Positions 9,244 through 19,508 of a stretch of DNA of 64,000 bases are shown here, piece after piece; position 1 is the stretch's first letter, and every line of letters starts with the position of its first letter. Location: NCBI GenBank assembly GCA_020057885.1, contig JAGVEX010000015.1, positions 55,862 through 119,861 on the forward strand. Direction: 5' to 3'. This stretch comes from a bacterium. Its GTDB lineage: Bacteria; Patescibacteriota; Patescibacteriia; Veblenbacterales; UBA10138. The notes beneath the pieces are model-generated. The model was not told the origin of the DNA. It searched no databases and saw only the letters and a list, made by a program, of their open reading frames with translations. The position numbers and the translations under genes were made by a program.

Positions 9244-10698
9244 TTAAGCTAGAACTTTTTGAGCGTCAAGCAAGCGTTTTAAGCATTCTTCGCGTCCCAG
9301 TACAAAAGCTACCTCAAACACATCAGGTGATTGCCGCTCGCCGGTTAAAGCCACACGTACGGGCCACAAAAGCTCACCGCGTGTAAAAGTGCCAGGCCGC
9401 ACCAACACCTCAAAAGCATTGCGCAATTCCTCAACTTCCCATTTTTTATCACCATAATCAATTAATAATTCATAGGCCAATTGCAAGGCTGATTTTGTTT
9501 TAGCCAAATTTCCAGCTTTGGGAATTAAAATATCAGCTGTTAATTTAAAATCGCTTACAAAATACCAATGCGTAAACTCGTTTATATCCTTTAATATTAT
9601 CAAACGGGACTGCAAAATTTGGGTTAGGGCGCGCGTAGTGCCAATTTTCTGTCCAGTGGTTTGAGCTAAAGCTTTATAAAAAGGCTTAAGCAAATTATCT
9701 AATTTAACCAAGGTGAGTTTTTTTATATATTCCGCGTTGAACCAACGCAATTTTTGCATACTAAAAATTGCTCCACCTTTTTGCACTCTATCCAAATCAA
9801 ATTCCTTAACCAATTCTTCTAAGCTAAAAATTTCTCTGTCGTCTTGGGGGTGCCAACCAAGTAATGCCAAAAAATTAGTTAAAGCTTCTGGTAAAAAACC
9901 ATCACGCTCATAAGTTTGCACCCAAACAGCTTCGCCGTCTTTACGTTTGGAGAGTTTAGCGCGCTTATCATTTAACACATTTGGCAAATGCGCAAACTCA
10001 GGCGGCTGCCAGCCAAAAGCTTCGTACAAAAGCAAATGCTTAGGCGTAGATGGCAACCATTCCTCGCCACGTATAACATGTGTAATTTGCATTAAATGGT
10101 CATCTACCACATTAGCCAAGTGGTAAGTGGGAAAGCCATCGGACTTTAAAAGCACTTGATCATCCAAATTGCTATTATCTACACATACTTCACCACGAAC
10201 CTTATCTGTAAAAATTGTTTTACCTTCTGGTACTTTTAAACGAATAACAAATTTCTCTCCCCTTGCCAACCGCTCTTTAACATTATCAGGTGTTAGTTTA
10301 AGGCATTCGCGATCGTATTTTGTAGGCTGCTTTTGTGATTGCTGAAGCTCACGTAAAATTTCCAAACGCGAAAGTTCACAAAAACAATAATAAGCGCTAC
10401 CTTTATCCACTAATTCATGCGCATATTTTTGATAAAGCTCCAAACGCTCTGATTGAATATAAGGCCCAAACTCACCTTTAATATCCGGCCCTTCATCCCA
10501 CTCTAAACCAAGCCACTTTAAACCTTGTAAAATTCTGTCTAAACTGCCAGGTACAAAACGTTCTTGGTCGGTATCTTCTATACGAATAATAAACTTGCCC
10601 TTATTTTTTCGGGCAAACAAATAATTATAAAGCGCAGTACGGGCGCCGCCAATATGAAGTTCTCCGGTTGGTGATGGTGCAAAACGAACACGAAACAT
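9244..10698 (-). CDS. gltX: Glutamate--tRNA ligase
   Basis: The N-terminus RFAPSPTGELHIGGARTALYN carries the HIGH motif, and a KLSKR motif is present; 484 aa. Confidence 0.9.
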   Translation of the reverse strand: MFRVRFAPSPTGELHIGGARTALYNYLFARKNKGKFIIRIEDTDQERFVPGSLDRILQGLKWLGLEWDEGPDIKGEFGPYIQSERLELYQKYAHELVDKGSAYYCFCELSRLEILRELQQSQKQPTKYDRECLKLTPDNVKERLARGEKFVIRLKVPEGKTIFTDKVRGEVCVDNSNLDDQVLLKSDGFPTYHLANVVDDHLMQITHVIRGEEWLPSTPKHLLLYEAFGWQPPEFAHLPNVLNDKRAKLSKRKDGEAVWVQTYERDGFLPEALTNFLALLGWHPQDDREIFSLEELVKEFDLDRVQKGGAIFSMQKLRWFNAEYIKKLTLVKLDNLLKPFYKALAQTTGQKIGTTRALTQILQSRLIILKDINEFTHWYFVSDFKLTADILIPKAGNLAKTKSALQLAYELLIDYGDKKWEVEELRNAFEVLVRPGTFTRGELLWPVRVALTGERQSPDVFEVAFVLGREECLKRLLDAQKVLA

Positions 10699-10786
10699 AC
10701 AAAGTGAAATCCTAAATTCTAATATCTAAATCTTAAACACTTTAACATTTGAATTTTGAAATTAGAATTTGTTTAAATATTAAAAA

Positions 10787-11791
10787 TTAGGGCTTGGGGG
10801 TTAAAATGTTCATCTTCTCTAATTCTACCATAGTTAGGCGGCCTAAGGCTCGTCGCACTGGGTGGAGTGCCAAAATTAGTTTATTATAAGGCACCCACTT
10901 CACTTCGGCGGCTTCGCGCGGATCTGGTTTTAATTTGGGCCTATCTTTAGACAAGCGTATAATAGCCAAACTTTGCTCTTGACCAAAATAAGGTTTCTTC
11001 TCCAAATCTGTTCCTTTTTCCCTTAATTTTTTGGACCAAAGGTATTTATGCACTTGTTCTTTAATTAAAATAGTTTCAAATTGTGTTATCCCAAGCTCTT
11101 CTTTAATCTCTTTTACTAAGGTTTGCTTTAAAGAATCACCTGGTTTAATACCCCCTTGAGGAAACTGCCAATCCCGAATATGATGATCTGAGCGCCTTAT
11201 TAACAAAATCTCGTTTTTGGGGTTAATTACACAAATAGCTAAATTAGGCCGTAATGGTCTTAAAACGCTTCCTGAGGTCAATTTTACGGCTTTGAGCGGC
11301 TTATAAATAGGCCCTTTTGAAGTCAGGATACTTTGAAAAAGGATAAACTGGCTTACTTTGAATAAAAGAGTTGGTATGGTTAATTTCGGGGCTTGTAGTA
11401 GTGTTGTTTTAAGTCGAATTAAAGTAAGGTGTGGCGGCTTAGCATCAGCCGGCATATCTACTTTTTTTACGGCTAGCACAACTTGTTTTTGTAAATTGTA
11501 AAAGTTTTGTGGGTTTTTTATATTCAAAGCTAAAAGTCTTGGTTTGTTATTGGGAATACCAATTAAATCACCAAGACTAATATCAAAATCTGACTCACTC
11601 TCCCCCACTTTCTCTAAAGTTTTTTCTAAAGCTAAAATTTTATCTTGAGGCACGTCACCCAAAAAAGCCAAGGTGAGATGTAAGTTTTTAACTTCAACCA
11701 ACGTTCCCTTTATGGGAGGAAATAAATTATAAATACGCGCTACCTCAGTTTTAATATTTAGTGGTAGTTCAATAGCTATAAATAATCGCAT
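10787..11791 (-). CDS. Fusion of 2'-5' RNA ligase / 2',3'-cyclic phosphodiesterase (ThpR/LigT) with a NUDIX hydrolase
   Basis: The N-terminal half has two H-x-T-x motifs (HLTLAFLG, PHLTLIRL). The C-terminal half has a Nudix box (GGIKPGDSLKQTLVKEIKEELGI). Confidence 0.7.
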   Translation of the reverse strand: MRLFIAIELPLNIKTEVARIYNLFPPIKGTLVEVKNLHLTLAFLGDVPQDKILALEKTLEKVGESESDFDISLGDLIGIPNNKPRLLALNIKNPQNFYNLQKQVVLAVKKVDMPADAKPPHLTLIRLKTTLLQAPKLTIPTLLFKVSQFILFQSILTSKGPIYKPLKAVKLTSGSVLRPLRPNLAICVINPKNEILLIRRSDHHIRDWQFPQGGIKPGDSLKQTLVKEIKEELGITQFETILIKEQVHKYLWSKKLREKGTDLEKKPYFGQEQSLAIIRLSKDRPKLKPDPREAAEVKWVPYNKLILALHPVRRALGRLTMVELEKMNILTPKP

Positions 11792-11889
11792 AATGTGTAC
11801 ATTTTAACATAATTTAGATAATTTTTCCAGAACTTTAGGTTAACTGTATGGTATTGTTATCGGTATTTAAAAGTGCTATAATATATTAT

Positions 11890-13284
11890 ATGAATCAGCG
11901 TTATAAGCGCTTGTTTTTTGTGTTAATAGGGCTTGTGTTAATAACTGGCTCATTTTTACCTGCGCTCGTCCAAGCTCAGGTAGAATTTGATTATAACTAT
12001 ATTCTTTCTGATAATGACATGTTTGATTACCAATCAATGTCTTTTGAGCAAATTCAAAACTTTTTGATTGCCAAAGGAAGCACTTTGGCCACCTACCGTG
12101 ATCCCATAACTTCCCTGCGGGCAGCTGAAGTTATTTATCACACTGCGCAAGATTTTAAAATAAGTCCTAAATTTTTAATAGCCCTTTTACAAAAAGAACA
12201 AAGTTTAATAGAAAATAATAATCCCAGCTTATATAATTATGACTGGGCTACCGGCTACGCCGTATGTGATGGCTGTGATATTAATGATCCTTACCTTCAA
12301 CGTTACAAGGGATTTTATAATCAAGTTTATAATGCCGGCAAAAAAATAAGGCGAGATTATATTCCTAACTTGGAAAATAACGGCCACACTATTTCAGGGT
12401 TAGGCCCTAATCAACCAAAAACAATTGATGGTGTTTTGATAAAACCAGCTAATAACGCTACAGCAATTGTTTACACCTACACGCCACATTTGCACGGCAA
12501 TCAACTGCTCTGGACAATTTGGAATAGATATTTTACTAGAGCTTACCCCGACGGCACACTGCTTAATGTGGAAGGCGAAAAAGAAGTTTGGTTAATTGAA
12601 AATGGACAGCGTCGCAAATTTGCCAACCGAAGCGTATTTTTATCGTACTATGATTCTTTTGATAATGTAATCACTATTAATAAAACTGAACTATTAAAAT
12701 ACTCTGAAGGTGTTCCTATTAGATTCGCCAACTATTCTTTTATACGAACGCCAAAAGGAACTGTCTATTTATTAATAGGTGACGCTATTCGTGGATTTGA
12801 TTCGCGCGAGGCCTTGCGCCGCGTTGGTGTGAGTCCAGAGGAAATTATAAAAGTAAAACAGGAGGATATATTAGATTTTGTTGAAGGCCAACCGATTACT
12901 ATAAAAAGTGTTTATCCTTTAGGCACACTTTTGCAAGTTAAAGAAACTGGTGGAATTTATTGGGTACAAGACGGCATAAAACATCCAATTATGTCACGCG
13001 AAATTTTAAAATCTAATTTTGGCAGCCGGCGCGCTACCAAAATGACAACTAAACAATTAGCTCAGTACGACACGGCCGAACCTGTATTGTTTAAAGAAGG
13101 CGACTTGGTAAGCAGTAAAACAGATCCTGGAACAATTTACTTAATATCAAATAAACAGCGACGACCTTTCGCCTCGGATAAGGCCTTTTCTCAGCTAGGT
13201 TTTGATAAGGCTAATATAATTACCACCAATGACCAATCTTTAACTATTCATGAAATTGGTTCAATGATTAATGAAAGCTTCTAA
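11890..13284 (+). CDS. Hypothetical secreted/anchored protein
   Basis: Signal/TM sequence (RLFFVLIGLVLITGSFLPALVQA); no recognisable family. The start was chosen at MNQRYK. Confidence 0.55.
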   Translation: MNQRYKRLFFVLIGLVLITGSFLPALVQAQVEFDYNYILSDNDMFDYQSMSFEQIQNFLIAKGSTLATYRDPITSLRAAEVIYHTAQDFKISPKFLIALLQKEQSLIENNNPSLYNYDWATGYAVCDGCDINDPYLQRYKGFYNQVYNAGKKIRRDYIPNLENNGHTISGLGPNQPKTIDGVLIKPANNATAIVYTYTPHLHGNQLLWTIWNRYFTRAYPDGTLLNVEGEKEVWLIENGQRRKFANRSVFLSYYDSFDNVITINKTELLKYSEGVPIRFANYSFIRTPKGTVYLLIGDAIRGFDSREALRRVGVSPEEIIKVKQEDILDFVEGQPITIKSVYPLGTLLQVKETGGIYWVQDGIKHPIMSREILKSNFGSRRATKMTTKQLAQYDTAEPVLFKEGDLVSSKTDPGTIYLISNKQRRPFASDKAFSQLGFDKANIITTNDQSLTIHEIGSMINESF

Positions 13285-13289
13285 GCTAT

Positions 13290-14075
13290 ATGCCTCTTAT
13301 ATCAGCCACAATTCTGCCTCATTCTCCCCTACTTTTGCCTGGATTAACTGATGAAGCGCGCGCCGCTGTTAGTAAAACCACCACAGCTATTGGCAGTCTC
13401 AGTGAAAAAATATTGTCACAAAAACCAGATGTTATTTTTATAATATCAGCACACACTGGTTTAGTAGGAGGCTCTAATAAATATGCTTTATTACAAGGAC
13501 CAAAATTTAATTATGTTTTTAACCAGTTTGGTGACTTAGTCACTAGTGGTAGCATTAAAGGGGCTATTGGCTTCACACACCACTTAAAAGAGAAGTTAGA
13601 AACAAAATTCCCCCTACCCCTAGTAAGCGCTGAATTATTACCTTACACTTTTGCCATACCTTTGGTTTGTCTTGGCGCTACTATTAATAGCTTGCCGATT
13701 GCTTGCTTACAAATTCCTAAAGAAATTTCCGCTGACGAAATAAAACGCTTAGCTACATTATTAAGTGAAGAAATTTCCGCTATGCCAGAACGTGTAGCAA
13801 TAATAGCGACTGGTAATCTATCGCATAACAAAGAAACTTCCAACACGCAGGCAAAAATCTTTGATCAGCTTTTTCAGGCGGCTTGCCAAGAAAATTCCCT
13901 AAACAAACTAACTAATATGGATGTATCGGTGCGACGAGAAATAGAAGAATGTTTATGGTCCCCCACTACTTTGCTATATTCTTTATTAGGAGAACAGAAA
14001 GTGTCTACCCAAATAATATCTTATGAAGCTTCTGTTGGAATTGGTTTTTTGGTGGCAGAAATTAATATAGATTAA
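13290..14075 (+). CDS. LigB/MEMO1-superfamily protein (class III extradiol dioxygenase-like)
   Basis: The N-terminal ILPHSPLL and the later IATGNLSH resemble LigB/DODA family motifs. Confidence 0.45.
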   Translation: MPLISATILPHSPLLLPGLTDEARAAVSKTTTAIGSLSEKILSQKPDVIFIISAHTGLVGGSNKYALLQGPKFNYVFNQFGDLVTSGSIKGAIGFTHHLKEKLETKFPLPLVSAELLPYTFAIPLVCLGATINSLPIACLQIPKEISADEIKRLATLLSEEISAMPERVAIIATGNLSHNKETSNTQAKIFDQLFQAACQENSLNKLTNMDVSVRREIEECLWSPTTLLYSLLGEQKVSTQIISYEASVGIGFLVAEINID

Positions 14076-14082
14076 TTCGCCT

Positions 14083-15939
14083 ATGGCTGAAGATATAAAA
14101 ATCGCGGAGGTAGTACTAATACAGAGACTGCCCAGATTAACTCGTGTTTTTGATTATACTTTACCAGCTTCGCTAAAAACCAAACCGGGCGATTTGGTAC
14201 GTGTGCCATTTCGTAAAAAAATGTCAAATAGCGTAATTGTAAAAATTAAACGCTACACTAATATTAAAACACGCCTGTTAGCTGTGGATTCATTACTAGT
14301 AGAACATTTTGTTACTAACTCACAGATAAAATTATCCCAACAAGCCGCTGAACATTTTGGAGTATCATGGAGTTCAACTATGCTTTTGTGCTCTCCTGTT
14401 TTACCCAATCGTCGTTTTACTCCTTTGTTAATAAACAATTCTACCACAACAAAAACCTCTAAAAAACAAAACAAACCGCTAACTATAATATTTGAAAAAA
14501 AGGCTGAACGTGAACAAGTTGTAAAATCTCTTGCCCAAAAAGTGATAGCTCGCCAGCAACAACTATTAATATTGGTGCCGGAATTAAATTATATAGAATC
14601 ATGGTTTAAAATTTTAAAATCAAATTACCAGGTGGTCACCTTTACCTCTGAAGGTACTATTAAAAAGCAACGGCAAACATGGGAAGAGGCCAGAAATGGC
14701 AAGGCACAAATCATTATTGGCACTAGAGCGGCGCTGTGGCTCAATTTTTATAATTTAGGCGGAATAGTAATAGACTATGCGGAAAATGAAAATTATAAAC
14801 AGTATGATCAAAATCCACGCTATAATAGCTTAGAAATAGCCAATTGGCTTGCTAAATTAAATGCGGCCTCTTTGGCCTTACTTACGCCAGCACCCGCTTT
14901 AACTGAATGGTGGCAAACACAACAAAAGCATAATACTTGGAAAAAACTAAGCTCATTAGCGCATAAAGTTAAACTAGTTGATTTAGCTGCCGAACGTCAA
15001 AGCGGTAATCACTCTTTAATTTCATACGAACTACACGAGGCTATAGAAACAAGATTATCTCACTCCAAACAAATTTATCTATATTTGAATAGACGAGGGT
15101 GCGCCACCACCATAACCTGTCGCGATTGTGGATACACTGCCAATTGCCCAACTTGTGAACGTTCGTTGGTTTGGAATGAAAAACAAAACCAGCTCAATTG
15201 TTATAACTGTAATATTAAACAGCCTATTCCACTCCCCTGCCCCAAGTGTCATGGCGTAAATTTACGTTATTTAGGTAGTGGTTTAGAAAAATTAGAAAAT
15301 GAAGTAAAAAAAACATGGCCCAAAATCAAAACTATAACTCTGGAGGGTGAGATAAACAAAGAAATAAAAAATAAAATCGCAGAAGCACAGATAATTTTAG
15401 GAAGTCGTGCCGCCTGGCGTTATTTAGATTTTTCTAAAATTGACTTAATTGGCGCGGTGTTACCAGATGCGGAATTATCCCTACCAGAATTTCGCGCGGC
15501 GGAATCCACTTGGCAAACCATGAGATTTTTTATAACAAATGATGTTAATGAATTAATCATACAAACTTATCGACCAGAACATTATGTTTGGCAAAGCTTG
15601 ATAAAAAATGATTTTAATTTTTTTTACCAAAATGAATTAAAAGAGCGTGATAAATATCAATACCCTCCTTTTTGTAATTTAATCAGATTTACCACTCAAG
15701 CCATAACAGAAAAAGAAGCGCTTACTCAGGCACGTCAAATACGCATTAAAATTATGAACCAAATTAACAAAAACACCACCTTGGTTGGTCCTTACCGCGA
15801 TTATTATAAGCAAGTAAGAGGGCGCTTTCGTTTTCACTTATTACTACGTTACCAGAGCGAATTTAATCCTGAAAAGCTCTGGCCTGTTTTACCAGATGAT
15901 ATACTTATTGACAGGCACCCATATAATGTATTAAGTTAA
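14083..15939 (+). CDS. priA: Primosomal protein N' (PriA)-like, apparently lacking the Walker A P-loop
   Basis: A PriA-like N-terminal 3'BD region is followed by a Cys-rich zinc-binding region (CRDCGYTANCPTCERSL...CYNCN...CPKCHG). No GxGKT/S motif was seen. Confidence 0.55.
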   Translation: MAEDIKIAEVVLIQRLPRLTRVFDYTLPASLKTKPGDLVRVPFRKKMSNSVIVKIKRYTNIKTRLLAVDSLLVEHFVTNSQIKLSQQAAEHFGVSWSSTMLLCSPVLPNRRFTPLLINNSTTTKTSKKQNKPLTIIFEKKAEREQVVKSLAQKVIARQQQLLILVPELNYIESWFKILKSNYQVVTFTSEGTIKKQRQTWEEARNGKAQIIIGTRAALWLNFYNLGGIVIDYAENENYKQYDQNPRYNSLEIANWLAKLNAASLALLTPAPALTEWWQTQQKHNTWKKLSSLAHKVKLVDLAAERQSGNHSLISYELHEAIETRLSHSKQIYLYLNRRGCATTITCRDCGYTANCPTCERSLVWNEKQNQLNCYNCNIKQPIPLPCPKCHGVNLRYLGSGLEKLENEVKKTWPKIKTITLEGEINKEIKNKIAEAQIILGSRAAWRYLDFSKIDLIGAVLPDAELSLPEFRAAESTWQTMRFFITNDVNELIIQTYRPEHYVWQSLIKNDFNFFYQNELKERDKYQYPPFCNLIRFTTQAITEKEALTQARQIRIKIMNQINKNTTLVGPYRDYYKQVRGRFRFHLLLRYQSEFNPEKLWPVLPDDILIDRHPYNVLS

Positions 15940-15965
15940 ATTATTAAATATATTATATTAAGACA

Positions 15966-16442
15966 ATGGCAGAAATTTATCAAACAAGAAATTTTATAGT
16001 AGAAAGCGCAGAAAAACCACATATTACTAGAACTGATGGTGGTCATATCAAAATTGTACCCAAAATAAGAATTATTGACCGTACACAGCTTACAGCCAAA
16101 CAAGCTATTGAATTTATGAGATTAACAATGGTGGCGGGCGAAGCAATGGCTAAAGGACTACAACAACAAGGTATTGATATTGGCAGGATTAATTACCAAG
16201 ACATGAGTAATTGGTCAGTATTTAGTGCAGAAGGACCTTATTTTCATTTACATCTTTACGGCCGTGCCAAAAATGCAAAAATTCAAAAATATGGTGATGC
16301 TGTACATCTACCACAACGCGAAACAGGATTTTATGATAAATTTGAACCACTCAACAAGGAAGATATAATTCAAGTTAAGAAACAAATCGAATTGACTTTG
16401 AAAGAAGAAAAATATCAAGACGACAAATGGGGACTAGTTTAA
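15966..16442 (+). CDS. Hypothetical protein, possible HIT-like
   Basis: 158 aa. The HLHLYGR segment weakly resembles a histidine triad. Confidence 0.35.
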   Translation: MAEIYQTRNFIVESAEKPHITRTDGGHIKIVPKIRIIDRTQLTAKQAIEFMRLTMVAGEAMAKGLQQQGIDIGRINYQDMSNWSVFSAEGPYFHLHLYGRAKNAKIQKYGDAVHLPQRETGFYDKFEPLNKEDIIQVKKQIELTLKEEKYQDDKWGLV

Positions 16443-16447
16443 TATAT

Positions 16448-16930
16448 ATGCTTTCTTTAATTACTCTACCAAACCCAATCTTAAGAAAAGTTGCTGAGGA
16501 TGTTAAATTCCCGGTTGATTCGAATTTTCGTAAATTTATTAAGGAAATGTTTACAGCTATGAAACATTACGACGGTATTGGCTTAGCCGCGCCGCAAGTT
16601 GGCAAAAGTATTCAACTAATGGTCATAAACACGCCCAATAAGCCAACGGCTTTTATCAATCCAGTTGTACTTAAAAAATCTTGGAAAAAATCAGAAGCGG
16701 AAGAGGGCTGTCTTTCTGTTCCAAATGTCTATGGAATGGTAAAAAGATCAAAGAAAATATTGGTTAGTTTTTTTAATATAGATGGTGTGAAGCACGAAGA
16801 ATGGTTGGATGGAATGATAGCGCGAGTATATCAACATGAAGTCGATCATTTAAATGGAATACTATTTATTGACCGAACAAAAAAAATAATTCAAGGGAAA
16901 GAATTATTAGCCGAATATTTAACTAAATAA
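16448..16930 (+). CDS. def: Peptide deformylase
   Basis: Motifs GIGLAAPQVG, EGCLSVP and HEVDHLNG are present. Confidence 0.9.
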   Translation: MLSLITLPNPILRKVAEDVKFPVDSNFRKFIKEMFTAMKHYDGIGLAAPQVGKSIQLMVINTPNKPTAFINPVVLKKSWKKSEAEEGCLSVPNVYGMVKRSKKILVSFFNIDGVKHEEWLDGMIARVYQHEVDHLNGILFIDRTKKIIQGKELLAEYLTK

Positions 16931-16970
16931 TCTATTTAATCATTCATCCGAATGGTTCAATAATAATAAT

Positions 16971-17909
16971 ATGAAATTAGACTCTAGCTTCACTTATTAT
17001 GGTACTTCTGAATTCTCGGCCTCTATACTACAAGGCCTATTAAAAGCTGGGCTAAAACCTAATTTAATTGTTTCCACTATTGCCAAACCAGCCGGCCGCG
17101 GGTTAAAAATCAAACCCGTTCCTGTGGCGCAAATTGCCAAAGAATTAAATCTGCCGCTTTTAGAGGTGAAAACTTTAAAAGACAAAGAGATACAAAAACA
17201 ATTATCTCTTTCTGCCACACCGTTTGCTATTTTGGCTGCTTTTGGAAAAATTATTCCCCCAGAAATTTTAGAGCTTTATCCCAAAGGAATAATTAATGTT
17301 CATCCTTCGCTTTTGCCACTATATCGCGGTCCCGCGCCTATTCAATATGCCATTCGGGATGGTCAGCACCATACGGGCGTAAGTTTGATAATACTAGATA
17401 AAGAAGTTGATCATGGCCCAATTTTAGCTCAAGAAAAATGCCTGATAGAAAAAATTGATAATATTACTTCACTCTCTAATAAATTAGCCGAGATTTCTAT
17501 AAAACTTCTGCTCTCTACTATTAATTCATACTTAGACAATTCACTTTCCCTTATTACACAAGACCATAATAAAGCCACTTTTACAAAAATGATAACGCGT
17601 GAGGATGGTAAGGCTGATTTTTTAAAAAGCGCAATTGAACTTAATAATGAGCGCCGCGCTTTTACACCTTGGCCCGGGCTTTGGACTACTTGGCAAGGTA
17701 AAATAGTCAAATTTTTAGAAACCAAACCAAGTGAACCAAGTTCTGGCACGCCGGGAAAAATTGAATTAATTAACAATGATTTAATAATCCATTGTGGCCA
17801 AGGGGTGTTATTAATTAATTCCCTACAACTTGAGGGTGGTAAACAGTTGTCATCTTCTGAATTTTTAAGAGGTCACAAAGATTTTATTGCGGCCAAACTA
17901 CCATCATAA
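16971..17909 (+). CDS. fmt: Methionyl-tRNA formyltransferase
   Basis: The formyltransferase N-domain (HPSLLPLYRGPAPIQ) and a C-terminal domain are present; it follows def. Confidence 0.9.
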   Translation: MKLDSSFTYYGTSEFSASILQGLLKAGLKPNLIVSTIAKPAGRGLKIKPVPVAQIAKELNLPLLEVKTLKDKEIQKQLSLSATPFAILAAFGKIIPPEILELYPKGIINVHPSLLPLYRGPAPIQYAIRDGQHHTGVSLIILDKEVDHGPILAQEKCLIEKIDNITSLSNKLAEISIKLLLSTINSYLDNSLSLITQDHNKATFTKMITREDGKADFLKSAIELNNERRAFTPWPGLWTTWQGKIVKFLETKPSEPSSGTPGKIELINNDLIIHCGQGVLLINSLQLEGGKQLSSSEFLRGHKDFIAAKLPS

Positions 17910-17913
17910 AAAT

Positions 17914-19008
17914 ATGAATAAATTTATTTGGTTTGTAATACCATTTGCGCTGGCATGTATCCTGATGCCTGTTTTGCTTATTAACAAAGTTAACACCCAA
18001 ATTAAACAATATAACGCCTTTCAGCTCATTAATAATCAAACACAAAATTCAACCAGTGATCTTTTACCAACAACTAGCTCTAAAATATCATTTTTAGCAG
18101 TTGGCGATATTTCCCTTTCCCGGAACGTAGCTGCTCAAATTATAAAACACGACGATCCTTTATTGCCCTTTAAAAATATAGCAAATTTACTCAAATCCAC
18201 TGATTTCAATTTTGCTAATTTAGAATCACCTTTTGCAGGAGGAAATTATTTTGGCAAAACAGGCAGTTTAGTTTTTAATGCACCACTCAATAATATAAAA
18301 GGGCTGGTGGAATATAATTTTAAAATACTAAACCTAGCAAATAACCACGCGCTGGATCAGGGTTTAAGAGGTCTAGAATATACACGTAATTATTTAACTA
18401 AAAACAATATTCAATATACAGGAGTTGGTAATAATCTCACCGAGGCCTGGCAGCCAGTTTTGGTTAAAGCAAATGATATTAAGATTGCTTTTATTGGCGC
18501 GTCTTACAGCTCAATTAACGATAATGCGAAAACCACTAATAATTATGTTGCCAGAATTGAAGATTTAAACATGCTTAAAAATGCCATAGCCAAAGCTAAA
18601 AAAACATCAGATTTTATAGTTGTTGCCATGCATGCGGGTACGGAATACACTTATAAACCGAACGAAAAACAAATAAACTTCGCTCACGCCGCTATTGAGG
18701 CCGGTGCTGATATGGTTATTGGTCATCATCCGCACTGGATACAATCAATTGAACAATATCAAGGCAAATACATTTTTTACAGTTTAGGAAACTTTATTTT
18801 TGATCAAATGTGGAGCCAAGAAACCAAAGAGGGTTTAATGCTTAAAATCATTTTGCAAAAAAATAGCGTGACTAAGCTTTACCAAGTCGAACTAATACCT
18901 ATTATAATAGAAAACTACAGCACTCCACGCTTAGCTAATGAACAAGAAAGTACTACTATGCTAAATCAGATTGGTATTAAAGAGAAAATATTATTTTCAG
19001 ACAACTAA
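17914..19008 (+). CDS. CapA/PgsA-family metallophosphatase-like protein
   Basis: Motifs FLAVGDISLSR, LANNHALDQG, HAGTEY and GHHPHW are present, with an N-terminal TM. Confidence 0.75.
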   Translation: MNKFIWFVIPFALACILMPVLLINKVNTQIKQYNAFQLINNQTQNSTSDLLPTTSSKISFLAVGDISLSRNVAAQIIKHDDPLLPFKNIANLLKSTDFNFANLESPFAGGNYFGKTGSLVFNAPLNNIKGLVEYNFKILNLANNHALDQGLRGLEYTRNYLTKNNIQYTGVGNNLTEAWQPVLVKANDIKIAFIGASYSSINDNAKTTNNYVARIEDLNMLKNAIAKAKKTSDFIVVAMHAGTEYTYKPNEKQINFAHAAIEAGADMVIGHHPHWIQSIEQYQGKYIFYSLGNFIFDQMWSQETKEGLMLKIILQKNSVTKLYQVELIPIIIENYSTPRLANEQESTTMLNQIGIKEKILFSDN

Positions 19009-19061
19009 TCTAAATATTGTTCGTATGAATAGTGTTTAGGTTAGTGATTTATATAAACCAA

Positions 19062-19089
19062 AAACCTCCCGATAAATATCGGGAGGTTT
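19062..19089. terminator. Bidirectional rho-independent terminator
   Basis: The AAACCTCCCGATAAATATCGGGAGGTTT hairpin is flanked by an A-run and a T-run, between convergent genes. Confidence 0.7.
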
Positions 19090-19105
19090 TTCGTTATCTA
19101 AAAAT

Positions 19106-19345
19106 TTAGTAACGAGGAGGACGGCTCTTGCGTAAACAATCGCGACAGCGAATTGTATTTAAACGGGCCGGATCCGGCTGAAATGGCAACTGTGCAACAG
19201 CTGCGCCGCAATCGGCGCACTTAATATTAAGTGCCGAAACATCTATGAGCTGGCGTGGGGCGCGGTTAAAACCGCCACCGAAACCGCCGCGATTACCACC
19301 GCGGAAGCCACCACCTTGCCCATCATCATTATTCTGGTAGGTCAT
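19106..19345 (-). CDS. Small Gly/Arg-rich (RGG/FGG) protein with a C-terminal CxxC...CxxC zinc ribbon
   Basis: 79 aa: GGGFRGGNRGGFGGGF is followed by CADCGAAVAQLPFQPDPARLNTIRCRDC. The ribbon motif recurs in the ATPase at 57219-59081. Confidence 0.55.
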   Translation of the reverse strand: MTYQNNDDGQGGGFRGGNRGGFGGGFNRAPRQLIDVSALNIKCADCGAAVAQLPFQPDPARLNTIRCRDCLRKSRPPRY

Positions 19346-19508
19346 ATAGCGAAATTCACCCCCTTTCTTATAAGCTATTAGGATGAACTTTTTCGCTTAT
19401 GACCTACTTATTATGTAAGCTTTTTACGAAACTCTATCCTAACTGAAAATAAGTATATCACAACATGTATAATCTGTCAAGGGTAAATAAAAAATAAGTC
19501 CCTACATT

